From positions 125,684 through 189,683 of the forward strand of contig CAVOGH010000002.1 of assembly GCA_963695185.1 (NCBI GenBank): a stretch of 64,000 bases of DNA, in the 5' to 3' direction. This DNA is from an uncultured Gemmatimonadales bacterium (GTDB taxonomy: Bacteria; Gemmatimonadota; Gemmatimonadetes; Gemmatimonadales; GWC2-71-9). A model generated the notes under the pieces. That model was not told the DNA's origin and did not search any database. It worked only from the letters and a program-made list of their open reading frames with translations. This document shows, in pieces, positions 19,905 through 28,912 of this stretch (position 1 is the stretch's first letter; each line of letters starts with the position of its first letter). The translations under genes and the position numbers were made by a program.

Positions 19905-21872
19905 ATGTACAGGATCCGGACGGCGGAGGGAAACGAGACGGTCTACGATTCGCTCGAGGAGTTCAGCGCCGCCGTTCGCCGGGGCGCTGTCACCCCGAAC
20001 GACGAGATCTTCCACACACGCGCCGGGCGGTGGCTGGAAGTCAAGAGCCACCCACACTACCGGAGTGCGATCACGCTGAATGGCGCCACCGCGGGTAGTT
20101 CGCCCGCTGGCGTTGGCTCCGCCCAATCATCCGCCCCTGCCTCGGCACAGGGCGGCGCAGGCCCCACGCCTGCACCCGGGTCCGCGCCCCGGACGGTGCA
20201 GCAGACGGTGTACCGCCATCAGCTCCAGCCGGCCGTGCCCAAGAGCAAGGATCTGACCTTCATTGACATTGACGGGACCGTGGTGCCGCCGGGGACGGAG
20301 CGGAACGCCACGATCATCCGCGTTCAGAAACCCGCCCCCCGGCCAACGCCGCGGCCTACTCCCGCTCCGGTGGCCAAGCCCAAGCCGGAAACGCAGCCGG
20401 CGGCGGGGGGAGAGGATTTCCTGGTGATGGACGGCGGCATCGAATCGCCGGTGCGGACCTCCAACGGCCACCGCACGGTGAGCGACGACCTCGAGGCCCT
20501 CTTCGACGCCCCGCTCCCTCCCGTTACGCCTCCGCCGGCGGCACCGAAGGCCCCCGATGCCCGGGCCGTCACGGCTGTTCCCGCTCCGGCAAAGGGCCCC
20601 GATGCCCAGCCCGTCACGGCTGCTCCCGCGATGGCAAAGGGCCCTGATGCCCGGCCGGTGAGCCAGCCGCCGAAGCCGGGGGTGGTCCCGCCGGCCAAGG
20701 CCCCGGCCGCAGGCACCCCGGCCCCCAAGACGCCCGAGAAACCTGCCTCCGCCCCGGCGGTCAGTGATGCGACGCCCGCCGTCGCCGCAGTTGCGGCGCC
20801 GCTAACGGCGAGGGTTCATCCCGCACCGTCGGCGGCGGAGGACCTCGACATCCCCGGTGGTCCCCTTCTGGAGATGGCCACCCCTGCGGCGGTGGCGCCA
20901 GCGCCCGCGCGCGCACCCGCGTTGCCCAACCGGTCCCTGATCGCCGCTGGGCTCGCCGCCGTGGTGGTAACCGGCGCGCTGCTGGCCTGGCGTCCGTGGC
21001 AGGCGGGATCTGGCACAACCGATCTCACGGCGCAGGCCACACCCGTCACGCTCGACAGCGCCTCGGCCGGGGCCGCGGCCGCCGCGCCGGCCGGCACCGA
21101 GCCAGACCCCGCCAGCGCGACGGCCATCAAGCCGGTCGCGGCGATCGGTCCGGCGAGTGCCGCCGGGGTCAACCCCGCCGCGGAGGCGCCCAAGGAGGAA
21201 ATCATCGCTGCGGTGCGGCCCAACTTCCGCGCCGATGCAGTGATCTCCACCACTGACATCCCGCTGGGCGCCACCGACCGTGCTCCGAAAGCGGCCGCCG
21301 TTGCGCCCAGCGAACTGGCGCGACGGGCCGAAGCGGCGGGGCGCATCGCCCAGCAGGACCTGGGGGGGCGCATCAACGCAGCGGGATTCCGCAGCGTGCT
21401 GGCGCCCAGCCGTATCAGCTCGGCGGAAGGCGCAGCCTCGGCGCGCAATGCCTGGATTGCCGGCGCCGATGCCCTCCGCCAGTACCGTGCCCGCATCGGC
21501 CGGATCGAGAACGCCTACGAGGACAGCATGCTCGTTTCCCAGCGGGCCGAGCGCTGGCCGGTGCAGGAGCTGCGCGCATGGGGCGCCCGGCAGAGCCTGG
21601 CCGAGCCGGGCGATGTGTCGCAGCTGGCCGATCTCATGGTCAGCCAGATCACCGAGGCACTGGACCTGCTGGCCGCGCTGGGCGGGCAGTACGATATCAA
21701 GAACGGCGCGATCCGCTTCCGTTCTCCGGGCGCCGAGACCCGGTACACGTCAATCCGCAACTGGGTGGAGCAGCGGATGCATACCTGGTCCGCCACCCCG
21801 GCCACGGCTCGCCCGCACTCCATTTCGATGATCCTTCAGGCGCTGGGCGATGGCCTGCCTGCGGTACAGTGA
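19905..21872 (+). CDS. Single-TM protein: N-terminal GYF-like domain, long Pro/Ala-rich linker, helical C-terminal domain
   Basis: GAGG RBS; MYRIR..G.E..Y.SLEEF..AV..G.VTP.D.I.....W; TM LIAAGLAAVVVTGALLAW. Confidence 0.7.
   Translation: MYRIRTAEGNETVYDSLEEFSAAVRRGAVTPNDEIFHTRAGRWLEVKSHPHYRSAITLNGATAGSSPAGVGSAQSSAPASAQGGAGPTPAPGSAPRTVQQTVYRHQLQPAVPKSKDLTFIDIDGTVVPPGTERNATIIRVQKPAPRPTPRPTPAPVAKPKPETQPAAGGEDFLVMDGGIESPVRTSNGHRTVSDDLEALFDAPLPPVTPPPAAPKAPDARAVTAVPAPAKGPDAQPVTAAPAMAKGPDARPVSQPPKPGVVPPAKAPAAGTPAPKTPEKPASAPAVSDATPAVAAVAAPLTARVHPAPSAAEDLDIPGGPLLEMATPAAVAPAPARAPALPNRSLIAAGLAAVVVTGALLAWRPWQAGSGTTDLTAQATPVTLDSASAGAAAAAPAGTEPDPASATAIKPVAAIGPASAAGVNPAAEAPKEEIIAAVRPNFRADAVISTTDIPLGATDRAPKAAAVAPSELARRAEAAGRIAQQDLGGRINAAGFRSVLAPSRISSAEGAASARNAWIAGADALRQYRARIGRIENAYEDSMLVSQRAERWPVQELRAWGARQSLAEPGDVSQLADLMVSQITEALDLLAALGGQYDIKNGAIRFRSPGAETRYTSIRNWVEQRMHTWSATPATARPHSISMILQALGDGLPAVQ
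20541..20662 (+). repeat. 45-bp (15-aa) in-frame tandem repeat, about 2.7 copies
   Basis: APKAPDARAVTAVPA / PAKGPDAQPVTAAPA / MAKGPDARPVS. Confidence 0.8.
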
Positions 21873-21899
21873 GTCCGGCCGCGCCGGACGGTGACCGAT

Positions 21900-21930
21900 C
21901 GGCGGCCTCCGAGGAGGCCGCCGTTTCTTT
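21900..21930 (+). terminator. Rho-independent terminator
   Basis: CGGCGGCCTC-CGAG-GAGGCCGCCG followed by TTTCTTT. Confidence 0.8.
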
Positions 21931-22014
21931 GGCCCACGGGTTGCGATTCGGTGGGTGTCCCTTGGGGCGGGTGGGCCCACGCCCCCGCATCACGCGCAGT
22001 CACTGGGGTTTTGC

Positions 22015-22764
22015 ATGAAGGGCTTGATCGCGGCAGAGCTCCTGGTCGGCGACCGGTTCGATATCCTGCGGGAAATCGGACGGGGCGCTCGGTCGGCGGT
22101 GTACCTGGCCCACGACCACCAGGAGGGCCGTGAGGTGGCCTTGAAGGTCATCCGGAGTGACCAGGAACGCGCATCCCGCCTGGTGGAGGACAGCAGGGCG
22201 CTTGCCGGGCAGCACATCGCCGCGGTCCGGGAGTGGGTGACCGAGGGCCATCACACGACGCTGGTGCTGGACTATATCCGCGGCACCGATCTGGGACGCC
22301 GGGTTTCCGAAGGGGGGCCGCTGCCGCCGGACCGGGTGGCGGAGATCGGTCAGACGGTGACGGCGACGCTCGTTTCTGCCCACCGGCGTGGCATCATCCA
22401 CGGCAACCTGACACCAAGGAACGTGCTGCTCGCCACCAGCGGGACGCCCTGGCTCAGCGACCTCGGCACCCGGCCCAGCGGCCCGGCGTTCGTGGCCCCG
22501 GAGGTGCGAGGCGGCCACCAGCTCGACGCCCGGGCAGACCTCTACGCCCTCGGCCTGGTGCTGCATGTGGCGCTCACCGGTCGGCTGCCCGCCGTCCCGG
22601 CCCCGTTCCGCGCCAACGGCCATCGTCCCTCAGCGCTCCGCCCGGAACTGCCGGGCTGGCTCGACGCCGCCGTCGCGACCGCCACCGCCGCACTTCCGGC
22701 GGATCGCTTCGCGTCGGCGAGCCAGATGGGGGAGGCGCTTCGCGCGGGACGGGCGGGCGGTTAG
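22015..22764 (+). CDS. Ser/Thr kinase-like protein, probable pseudokinase
   Basis: EIGRGARSAVY, VALK, HGNLTPRNV (HRD Asp replaced by Asn), SDLG, FVAPE, ADLYALG. Confidence 0.8.
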   Translation: MKGLIAAELLVGDRFDILREIGRGARSAVYLAHDHQEGREVALKVIRSDQERASRLVEDSRALAGQHIAAVREWVTEGHHTTLVLDYIRGTDLGRRVSEGGPLPPDRVAEIGQTVTATLVSAHRRGIIHGNLTPRNVLLATSGTPWLSDLGTRPSGPAFVAPEVRGGHQLDARADLYALGLVLHVALTGRLPAVPAPFRANGHRPSALRPELPGWLDAAVATATAALPADRFASASQMGEALRAGRAGG

Positions 22765-22906
22765 GCGATTGGGCGATTGGGCAAATGGGCGAGGAGAGCG
22801 CGCTGGTCAAGGAAGCGGGCGGCCCGCCCGACCACACAGTGCCCCCTCCGCCTCCCCATGCGCCCCGTACCCCTAACCATCCAATCGCCCGACCGCCCAA
22901 TCGCCT
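22762..22906. repeat. Octamer (GGGCGATT) tandem arrays in inverted orientation
   Basis: TAGGCGATT GGGCGATT GGGCAAAT GGGCGA at 22762-22792 and complementary CCAATCGCCC..GCCCAATCGCCT at 22881-22906. Confidence 0.75.
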
Positions 22907-22923
22907 CTTGTTACCTTCCCCCC

Positions 22924-24096
22924 ATGCCCACTGAGCGTCTCTACTACACCGACGCCTACCTGCAGCGCTTCACCGCCCGGGTGGTGGTGCGCGCCGACGA
23001 GGGCCGGCGCGTCTACCTCGATCGGAGCGCGTTCTATCCCACGAGCGGCGGCCAGCCGAACGACCTGGGCACCCTGGCCGGTGTCCCGGTCGTGGACGTG
23101 GTAGATGAAGCGGACCGGGTGGCCCACCTCCTGTCCGCGCCGTTGTCCGCCGACGACGTGGAAGGCGAGATCAACTGGCCCCGCCGCTTCGACCTGATGC
23201 AGCAGCACACCGCCCAGCACCTGCTGTCGGCGGTGTTCGCGGATGAGTTCTCATATCCCACCGTTAGCGTACACTTCGGCGACGACTCGGCCACCCTGGA
23301 CCTCGATACCGGTGGCTTGGCGGCCGAGCAGGTGCGGCAGGCGGAGGAGCGCGCCAATACGCTGATCAGCGAGAACCGCCCGGTCGAGATGACCTTCGAG
23401 GATGCCGCGACCGCCACCGGGCTCCGCAAGGCCAGCGGGAGAAGCGGCACCCTTCGCATCGTGAGCATCGCCGGAGTAGACCGGAGCGCCTGCGGCGGCA
23501 CCCACGTCCGGGCCACCGGGGAGATCGGCGCGTTGTTGCTGCGCAAAGTGGAGCGGGTCAAACAGCAGGTCCGGGTCGAGTTCCTCGCCGGCCAGCGCGC
23601 GATTCGCCGGTCCCGTGCGGACGCGGACATCCTGACGACGCTGGCGGCGGGGTTCTCGGCCGCACCGGAGGAGCTGCCGGCGCTGGTGGAGGGACGATGG
23701 GTCCAGCTGCAGGAAGCCGCTGCCCAGCGGAAGCGCCTCACCGAGCAGCTGGCCGGGTACCAGGTCCGGTCCGCCTACCTGGGGGCGGCGCCTGGTCCCG
23801 ACGGCACCCGCTGGATCCACATTGCCCTGACGGATGCGGCGGACGCGGACTCGCTCCGGGCGCTGGGACAGGCCGCCACCGGGCTACCGGGCGCGGTGCT
23901 GCTCGCCACCCTGACCTCGCCGCCCACGGTGCTGCTGGCCTCGGCGCCTGACAGCGGGGTGGATGCGGGGGCGCTGCTCAAGCCGGCGCTGGCCGCCGCG
24001 GGCGGCCGCGGCGGTGGCAATGCGCGGATCGCCCAGGGGAGTGCCCCCTCCGTCGAGGCGCTCTTCCAACTGACAGCCGGCCTCGCGGACCGCTGA
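22924..24096 (+). CDS. AlaX-type alanyl-tRNA editing protein with DHHA1 domain
   Basis: TERLYY.D.Y, FYPTSGGQP.D.G, QQHTAQHLLS (HxxxH), ACGGTHV (CxxxH), GGRGGG...AQG. Confidence 0.92.
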   Translation: MPTERLYYTDAYLQRFTARVVVRADEGRRVYLDRSAFYPTSGGQPNDLGTLAGVPVVDVVDEADRVAHLLSAPLSADDVEGEINWPRRFDLMQQHTAQHLLSAVFADEFSYPTVSVHFGDDSATLDLDTGGLAAEQVRQAEERANTLISENRPVEMTFEDAATATGLRKASGRSGTLRIVSIAGVDRSACGGTHVRATGEIGALLLRKVERVKQQVRVEFLAGQRAIRRSRADADILTTLAAGFSAAPEELPALVEGRWVQLQEAAAQRKRLTEQLAGYQVRSAYLGAAPGPDGTRWIHIALTDAADADSLRALGQAATGLPGAVLLATLTSPPTVLLASAPDSGVDAGALLKPALAAAGGRGGGNARIAQGSAPSVEALFQLTAGLADR

Positions 24097-24120
24097 GCAG
24101 CGCGCAGCAAGCCGGCTTCT

Positions 24121-26637
24121 TCAGGAGTCGGAGCGTCGCTTCGCGCGCCGGGTGGGCGTGGCCGACAGCGGGTCCTCCGGCCACTCGTGCTTGGGGTAGC
24201 GCCCCTTCATCTCTTTTCGCACGTCGAAGTAGCTGGTCTGCCAGAAGCCGGCGAGGTCCCGGGTGACCTGTACCGGGCGCTGGGCCGGCGAGAGCAGGTG
24301 CAGCGTCACCGGCACCCGCCCGCCCGCCAGCTGCGGCGTTTCGGTCAGGCCGAAGACCTCCTGCAACCGGACGGCGAGCACCGGCGCGGCGGGATCACCG
24401 TAGTCGAGCCGGATTGCGCTCCCTGTCGGTACCGTGAGGTGGGTCGGTGCCAGCCGGTCGAGTTCCGAGCGCCGCTCCCACCCCAGCCATCCCGCCAGCG
24501 CCCGCGCCAGGTCCACTCGTGCCAGGTCGGCGCGTTTCCGTACCCCGGAAAGCGCCGGCGCGAGCCACTCCTCCAGCCGCTCGAACAGCGCTGGGTCGAC
24601 GACGTCGGGCCACGGTCCCTCGGCGCCGAAGGTGTGCCGGAGAAAGCCGAGACGCTCCCTGAGGCGCACCGCTTCCTCGCTCCAGGGGAGCGCGCCCAGG
24701 CCCGCGCTTCGAATCCAGGCGAGCATCGCTCCAAGCACCAGCGCCGGGTCCGGGTCACGCAGCGGTGACTCGCGGAGCACGATCGCGCCCAGCCGCTCGC
24801 GGCGGGCCGCGACCACCCCGTCGGCGGAATCCTCCCAGCGCACCACCTCCTCCTCGGTAATCATGTCCTGGAAGTGCTCCCGCAACTCCGCTTCCGTGAG
24901 CGGGAGCCCCAGCCACACCCGGCTCTCCCGTCGGTCCCCGTCGAGATCGGCCGCCACCAGGAAGGGGCTCAGCGCGAGCGCCGGTGAACCGGTCTCCGCT
25001 CCCTGGCCGTTGCTGAGCAGGAATCGCCCGGCCTGCCCCGCACGCAGCTGCCCTATGCGATCGGGGTAGGCAAAGGCCAGGAGCACTCCTGCGCTCACCG
25101 GATCGGCTGCGGTGGCCGGCGGCAGGCGGTCCAGCTCCCGCCGCCACGCTTGCGCCTCCTGGCGCACCCGCTCCAGCGTGCCGCGATCAACGCTCATGCC
25201 GTGCACCGAGGCCGGCGTCCCGCCTCGCTCCAGCAGCTCCAGCCGGAGCCCGAGGTCGGCATCGCCGGCGCCCGCGTCACTGCGCAGGACGTCCCGCTCC
25301 TCGAGCAGGGCGGCCAGCCGGGAGGCAAGATCCTCGCATCCCAGCGCCTGCCCCATGATCAGCAGGTGGGCGATCCGCGGATGGACCCCAAGCTGGGCCA
25401 TCACGCGGCCGTGGGGCGTCACCTTGTCCTCCGCGTTCAACGCACCGAGCTGGCGGAGCAGTGCCTCCGCCTCACGCATCGCGCCAACAGGGGGTGGGTC
25501 CAGCCAGGCCAGGCGGGCGGGGTCGCCGCCCGCCACCGCCAGCTCCAGCGCCAGCGGCGCGAGATCCGCCGCCAGGATCTCCGGCGTGGTCTCGGGCAGG
25601 AGCGCATGATCCCCGGCGCTGGCCCACAGCCGGTAGCAAGTGCCCGGCGCGGTTCGCCCGGCCCGTCCCCGCCGCTGGTCGGCCGCCGCACGGGAGACCC
25701 GGGTGGTAGTGAGCCGGGTCATGCCGCTCCGGGGCGAGTAGCGGGGAACCCGTGACAATCCGCTGTCCACCACGGTGCGTACGCCCTCAATTGTCAGGCT
25801 GGTCTCGGCGATCGCAGTTGCCAGGACCACCTTCCGCTGGCCGGGCGGGGCGGGCAGCAAGGCCCGGTCCTGGGCCTCCCCCGGCATCATGCCATAGAGC
25901 GGATGCAGGGTCACCCTCCCCACCTGCACCGCGGGCAGGTCCTCGAGCAGGGCGGCGGTGCGGCGGATCTCGGCCTGGCCGGGAAGGAACACGAGCAGGT
26001 CACCTTCGGTCTCCTCCAGCGCCTGGCGCACCGCAGCGGCCACCGCCGGTTCGACCCACTGGTCGGCTCGCCGGGGCAGGTAGCGGGTCTCGACCGGAAA
26101 GGCCCGGCCCTCGCTGGAGATGATCGGCGCGTCGCCCAGCAGCCGGGATACCGCCGCCCCGTTCAGCGTCGCCGACATCACCAGCAGGCGGAGATCGGGG
26201 CGCAGCACCGAGCGGGTCTCCAGCGCCAGCGCGAGTCCCAGGTCGGCGTGAATGCTCCGCTCGTGGAACTCGTCGAAGATCACCAGGCCGGTGCCCTCGA
26301 GGGCCGGATTGGCCTGCAGCATCCGGGTCAGAATGCCCTCCGTCACCACCTCGATGCGGGTCGCCGGCCCGACCACCGACTCCCGCCGGATCCGGTAGCC
26401 GGCGGTGGCACCGAGCGGCTCCTGCAGCAGCATTGCCATGCGGCGAGCCGCGGCCCGGGCCGCCAGCCGCCGCGGTTCCAGCAGCAGGATCTTCTTCCCC
26501 ACGAGCCACGGCTCACCCAGCAGCGCCGGTGGGACAAGTGTGGTCTTCCCCGCGCCGGGCGGGGCCTGCAGCACCAGCATGCCGGCCTGGTCCAGCCGGG
26601 CGGCGATCTCGGGGAGCAGCGGTTCGATGGGCAGCAC
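24121..26637 (-). CDS. hrpB: ATP-dependent DEAH-box helicase HrpB
   Basis: APPGAGKTT, EPRRLAAR, DEFHER, MSAT, TAIAETSLTI, QRRGRAGR, C-terminal RPVQVTRDL..FW..Y..KGRYPKH.WP. Confidence 0.96.
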   Translation of the reverse strand: MLPIEPLLPEIAARLDQAGMLVLQAPPGAGKTTLVPPALLGEPWLVGKKILLLEPRRLAARAAARRMAMLLQEPLGATAGYRIRRESVVGPATRIEVVTEGILTRMLQANPALEGTGLVIFDEFHERSIHADLGLALALETRSVLRPDLRLLVMSATLNGAAVSRLLGDAPIISSEGRAFPVETRYLPRRADQWVEPAVAAAVRQALEETEGDLLVFLPGQAEIRRTAALLEDLPAVQVGRVTLHPLYGMMPGEAQDRALLPAPPGQRKVVLATAIAETSLTIEGVRTVVDSGLSRVPRYSPRSGMTRLTTTRVSRAAADQRRGRAGRTAPGTCYRLWASAGDHALLPETTPEILAADLAPLALELAVAGGDPARLAWLDPPPVGAMREAEALLRQLGALNAEDKVTPHGRVMAQLGVHPRIAHLLIMGQALGCEDLASRLAALLEERDVLRSDAGAGDADLGLRLELLERGGTPASVHGMSVDRGTLERVRQEAQAWRRELDRLPPATAADPVSAGVLLAFAYPDRIGQLRAGQAGRFLLSNGQGAETGSPALALSPFLVAADLDGDRRESRVWLGLPLTEAELREHFQDMITEEEVVRWEDSADGVVAARRERLGAIVLRESPLRDPDPALVLGAMLAWIRSAGLGALPWSEEAVRLRERLGFLRHTFGAEGPWPDVVDPALFERLEEWLAPALSGVRKRADLARVDLARALAGWLGWERRSELDRLAPTHLTVPTGSAIRLDYGDPAAPVLAVRLQEVFGLTETPQLAGGRVPVTLHLLSPAQRPVQVTRDLAGFWQTSYFDVRKEMKGRYPKHEWPEDPLSATPTRRAKRRSDS

Positions 26638-26764
26638 GGTAGGAAGATAGGCCGGAAGCCGGGCACTCTCACGGGGCGATCACCTGCCGGGTTGCTGTGC
26701 CATGGTTCCGGGACAATCTTGACGAGCGGCAGGAGTGCCGGGAAACCTGCCGGGGAGAGTCCGG

Positions 26765-27616
26765 ATGACAGCCGAGCGGCCAACGCGCGACAACATAGAC
26801 GTGTTCGGGGTGACGCACGTCGGCAAGCGGCGGTCGGAAAATCAGGACCATTTCCTGATCGCCAGCCTGCACAAGACCATGAACCTGATCCAGACCAGCC
26901 TCCCGGCGCAGGCCGTGGGAGAGCTGATCAGCCCATCGCGCGGCTACGTGTTCCTGGTGGCCGACGGCGTGGGTGGGGTGCCGGGCGGCAGCGACGCCAG
27001 CCAGACGGCGGTCGGAGCCATCGTGGACTATGTGCTCCGGGCGATGGACCTGTACGTGCAGCTGGACCCGGATGTCGAGCCGGCCTTCCTGGCCGAACTG
27101 CAGCGGTCGGTGGAACAGAGCCACCAGGTGGTGCGGAAGGCGGGCGAAACCGACAACGATCGTTTCGGCATGGCCACGACGCTCACGATGGTCTGTATCC
27201 GCTGGCCACGCGGCTACCTGGTGCACGTGGGAGACAGCCGCTGCTATCGCCTGCGGGACGGAGCACTGGAGCTGCTGACGAGGGACCAGACGATGGCCCA
27301 GGCGATGCTGGATTCCGGTGCCCTCTCACCGGACCAGGTCGAGGCCTCCGGACTCAAGCACGTGCTGTACAGTGCCATCGGGGCCACTCGTGCCGACCCG
27401 GTCACCCTGACCACCGACGTGCGCTGGGATGATGTCATGCTGCTCTGCAGCGACGGCATCAACAAGCACGTGAGCGACGAGGAGATCCGTCAGGCGCTGG
27501 CGCGGATGGAGCCGGCCGAAGCGGTGGCGCGGGGACTGCTGGAGCTGACTCTTTCCCGCGGAGCGACCGACAACACCACGCTCGTGGTGGGTCGACTCAA
27601 CCGGCCCAGCGCCTGA
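26765..27616 (+). CDS. PP2C-family Ser/Thr protein phosphatase
   Basis: THVGKRR.ENQD, VADGVGG, MATTLT, HVGDSRCY, LCSDG, GATDNTT. Confidence 0.92.
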   Translation: MTAERPTRDNIDVFGVTHVGKRRSENQDHFLIASLHKTMNLIQTSLPAQAVGELISPSRGYVFLVADGVGGVPGGSDASQTAVGAIVDYVLRAMDLYVQLDPDVEPAFLAELQRSVEQSHQVVRKAGETDNDRFGMATTLTMVCIRWPRGYLVHVGDSRCYRLRDGALELLTRDQTMAQAMLDSGALSPDQVEASGLKHVLYSAIGATRADPVTLTTDVRWDDVMLLCSDGINKHVSDEEIRQALARMEPAEAVARGLLELTLSRGATDNTTLVVGRLNRPSA

Positions 27617-27659
27617 AGAGCGTCTCGCGGAGGCCTCACGCCCGCGTCACCGCCCAGTG

Positions 27660-27720
27660 CACCGAAGACGCGAAGAGCGCGAAGCATCAGTGACGACACT
27701 TCGCGCTCCTGGCGTTTCCT
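27660..27720. repeat. Imperfect palindrome built from 9-bp units
   Basis: CACCGAAGA CGCGAAGAG CGCGAAG ... CTTCGCGCTCCTGGCG in the convergent intergenic region. Confidence 0.45.
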
Positions 27721-27767
27721 TCCCGCAGTCGCGCGGACTCACCCTGGTTCAACAACTAACCAGCGCT

Positions 27768-27785
27768 CGGCCGGGAAACCGGCCG
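27768..27785. terminator. GC hairpin between convergent genes
   Basis: CGGCCGG-GAAA-CCGGCCG. Confidence 0.5.
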
Positions 27786-27792
27786 GCCCCGC

Positions 27793-28737
27793 TCAGCTTC
27801 GCTCCACCCGCACCCGGCCTGAGGGCGCAGGGGTCCGCCGGCGCATCTCGCCTTCCGGGCCCCGTCGGCGCGCCTCGGGCGCCTTCCAGGTGAGGGTCAC
27901 CTTCCGCTGCTTGCGCTGCACCTCGAGCTTCGCGGTCTCGCCGGCGGCGTAGGAGCGGAGAATCCGCTGGGCCGCGTCGGCATCGCTCACCGGCCGGCCG
28001 TCAATCGAGAGGATCACATCGCCGGCCCGCAGCGGCAGGGTCGAGTCCTTCGGGGTCTCCAGCACCAGCGCCCCCGACTTGGCGCCGAAGTACTCGCCCA
28101 GGTCGGCGTTGAGGTCGGTGAGACGGAGCCCCATCGGGCGGCCGTCCATGAATACCCGAAGGTCGCCGGGACCGCCTTCGAACATGTACCCACGGGGACC
28201 GTCCTCGGGACCGACCCGCATCCTCGGTAGCTCACCGGGACCCACTCGGAACCCTTCGAAGTCGGGCATCTTCATCCGGAATTCCCGCATCGCCATGCCG
28301 GAGAGATTGGCGGCCACGAGCGTAGCCTTCTTCGCCTGGCCGTCGCGGCGGTACTCGACCTCGACGGTATCCCCAACGTCCAGCTTCCGGGCCAGCTCGA
28401 CCAGCTTGGCGCCGGGACCCGACTCATCATCCTCGCCCTTGAGACCCGCCAGCGACACGCCGTTGAAGCGAGTGATGATGTCGCCCGCCTTGAGTCCCGC
28501 CTTGTCGGCGGGCCCGTCCCCGGTGATATCCGAGAGCCGGGCGCCATAGCGGTCGGTCTCGGGGTTGGCGCGGGCGTCCACCATCACCCCGATGCGGGGC
28601 CGGCCGGACCAGGTGACGACGTGTGGCCCGTCATCGTCATCGCGATCCTGGGCCGGCAGGGACTGGGGTGAGCCCACCAGCGCGAGTGCGCCGAGGAGCG
28701 AGAGGGCACCGAAGGTGCGGTTCTTGACGCGTGGCAT
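27793..28737 (-). CDS. Exported tandem PDZ-domain protein
   Basis: Signal peptide; RIGV..GPADKAGLKAGDIIT.FNG and MGL....GALV....LRAGDVILSIDGRPV; no protease domain. Confidence 0.88.
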   Translation of the reverse strand: MPRVKNRTFGALSLLGALALVGSPQSLPAQDRDDDDGPHVVTWSGRPRIGVMVDARANPETDRYGARLSDITGDGPADKAGLKAGDIITRFNGVSLAGLKGEDDESGPGAKLVELARKLDVGDTVEVEYRRDGQAKKATLVAANLSGMAMREFRMKMPDFEGFRVGPGELPRMRVGPEDGPRGYMFEGGPGDLRVFMDGRPMGLRLTDLNADLGEYFGAKSGALVLETPKDSTLPLRAGDVILSIDGRPVSDADAAQRILRSYAAGETAKLEVQRKQRKVTLTWKAPEARRRGPEGEMRRRTPAPSGRVRVERS

Positions 28738-28912
28738 AGCAATAGGCTCCGTGTGAGCAGGTGACGACGGGGAGATGCGGGAGGGGCGGGGAGGGTTGCA
28801 GCCGGCCGGCGATCAACTATCGGCCTCTCAGCGCTCAGCGATCAGCTGGCCGGGTCGGCTGTCGCGGGCGGGGTTCGCGGCGTAGCTTCCCTCCACCCTC
28901 ACCCCTGCCGCC

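Noticed and set aside
24121-26637. hrpB as a type III secretion gene
   Set aside because: Motifs identify the DEAH helicase HrpB; no T3SS genes are present
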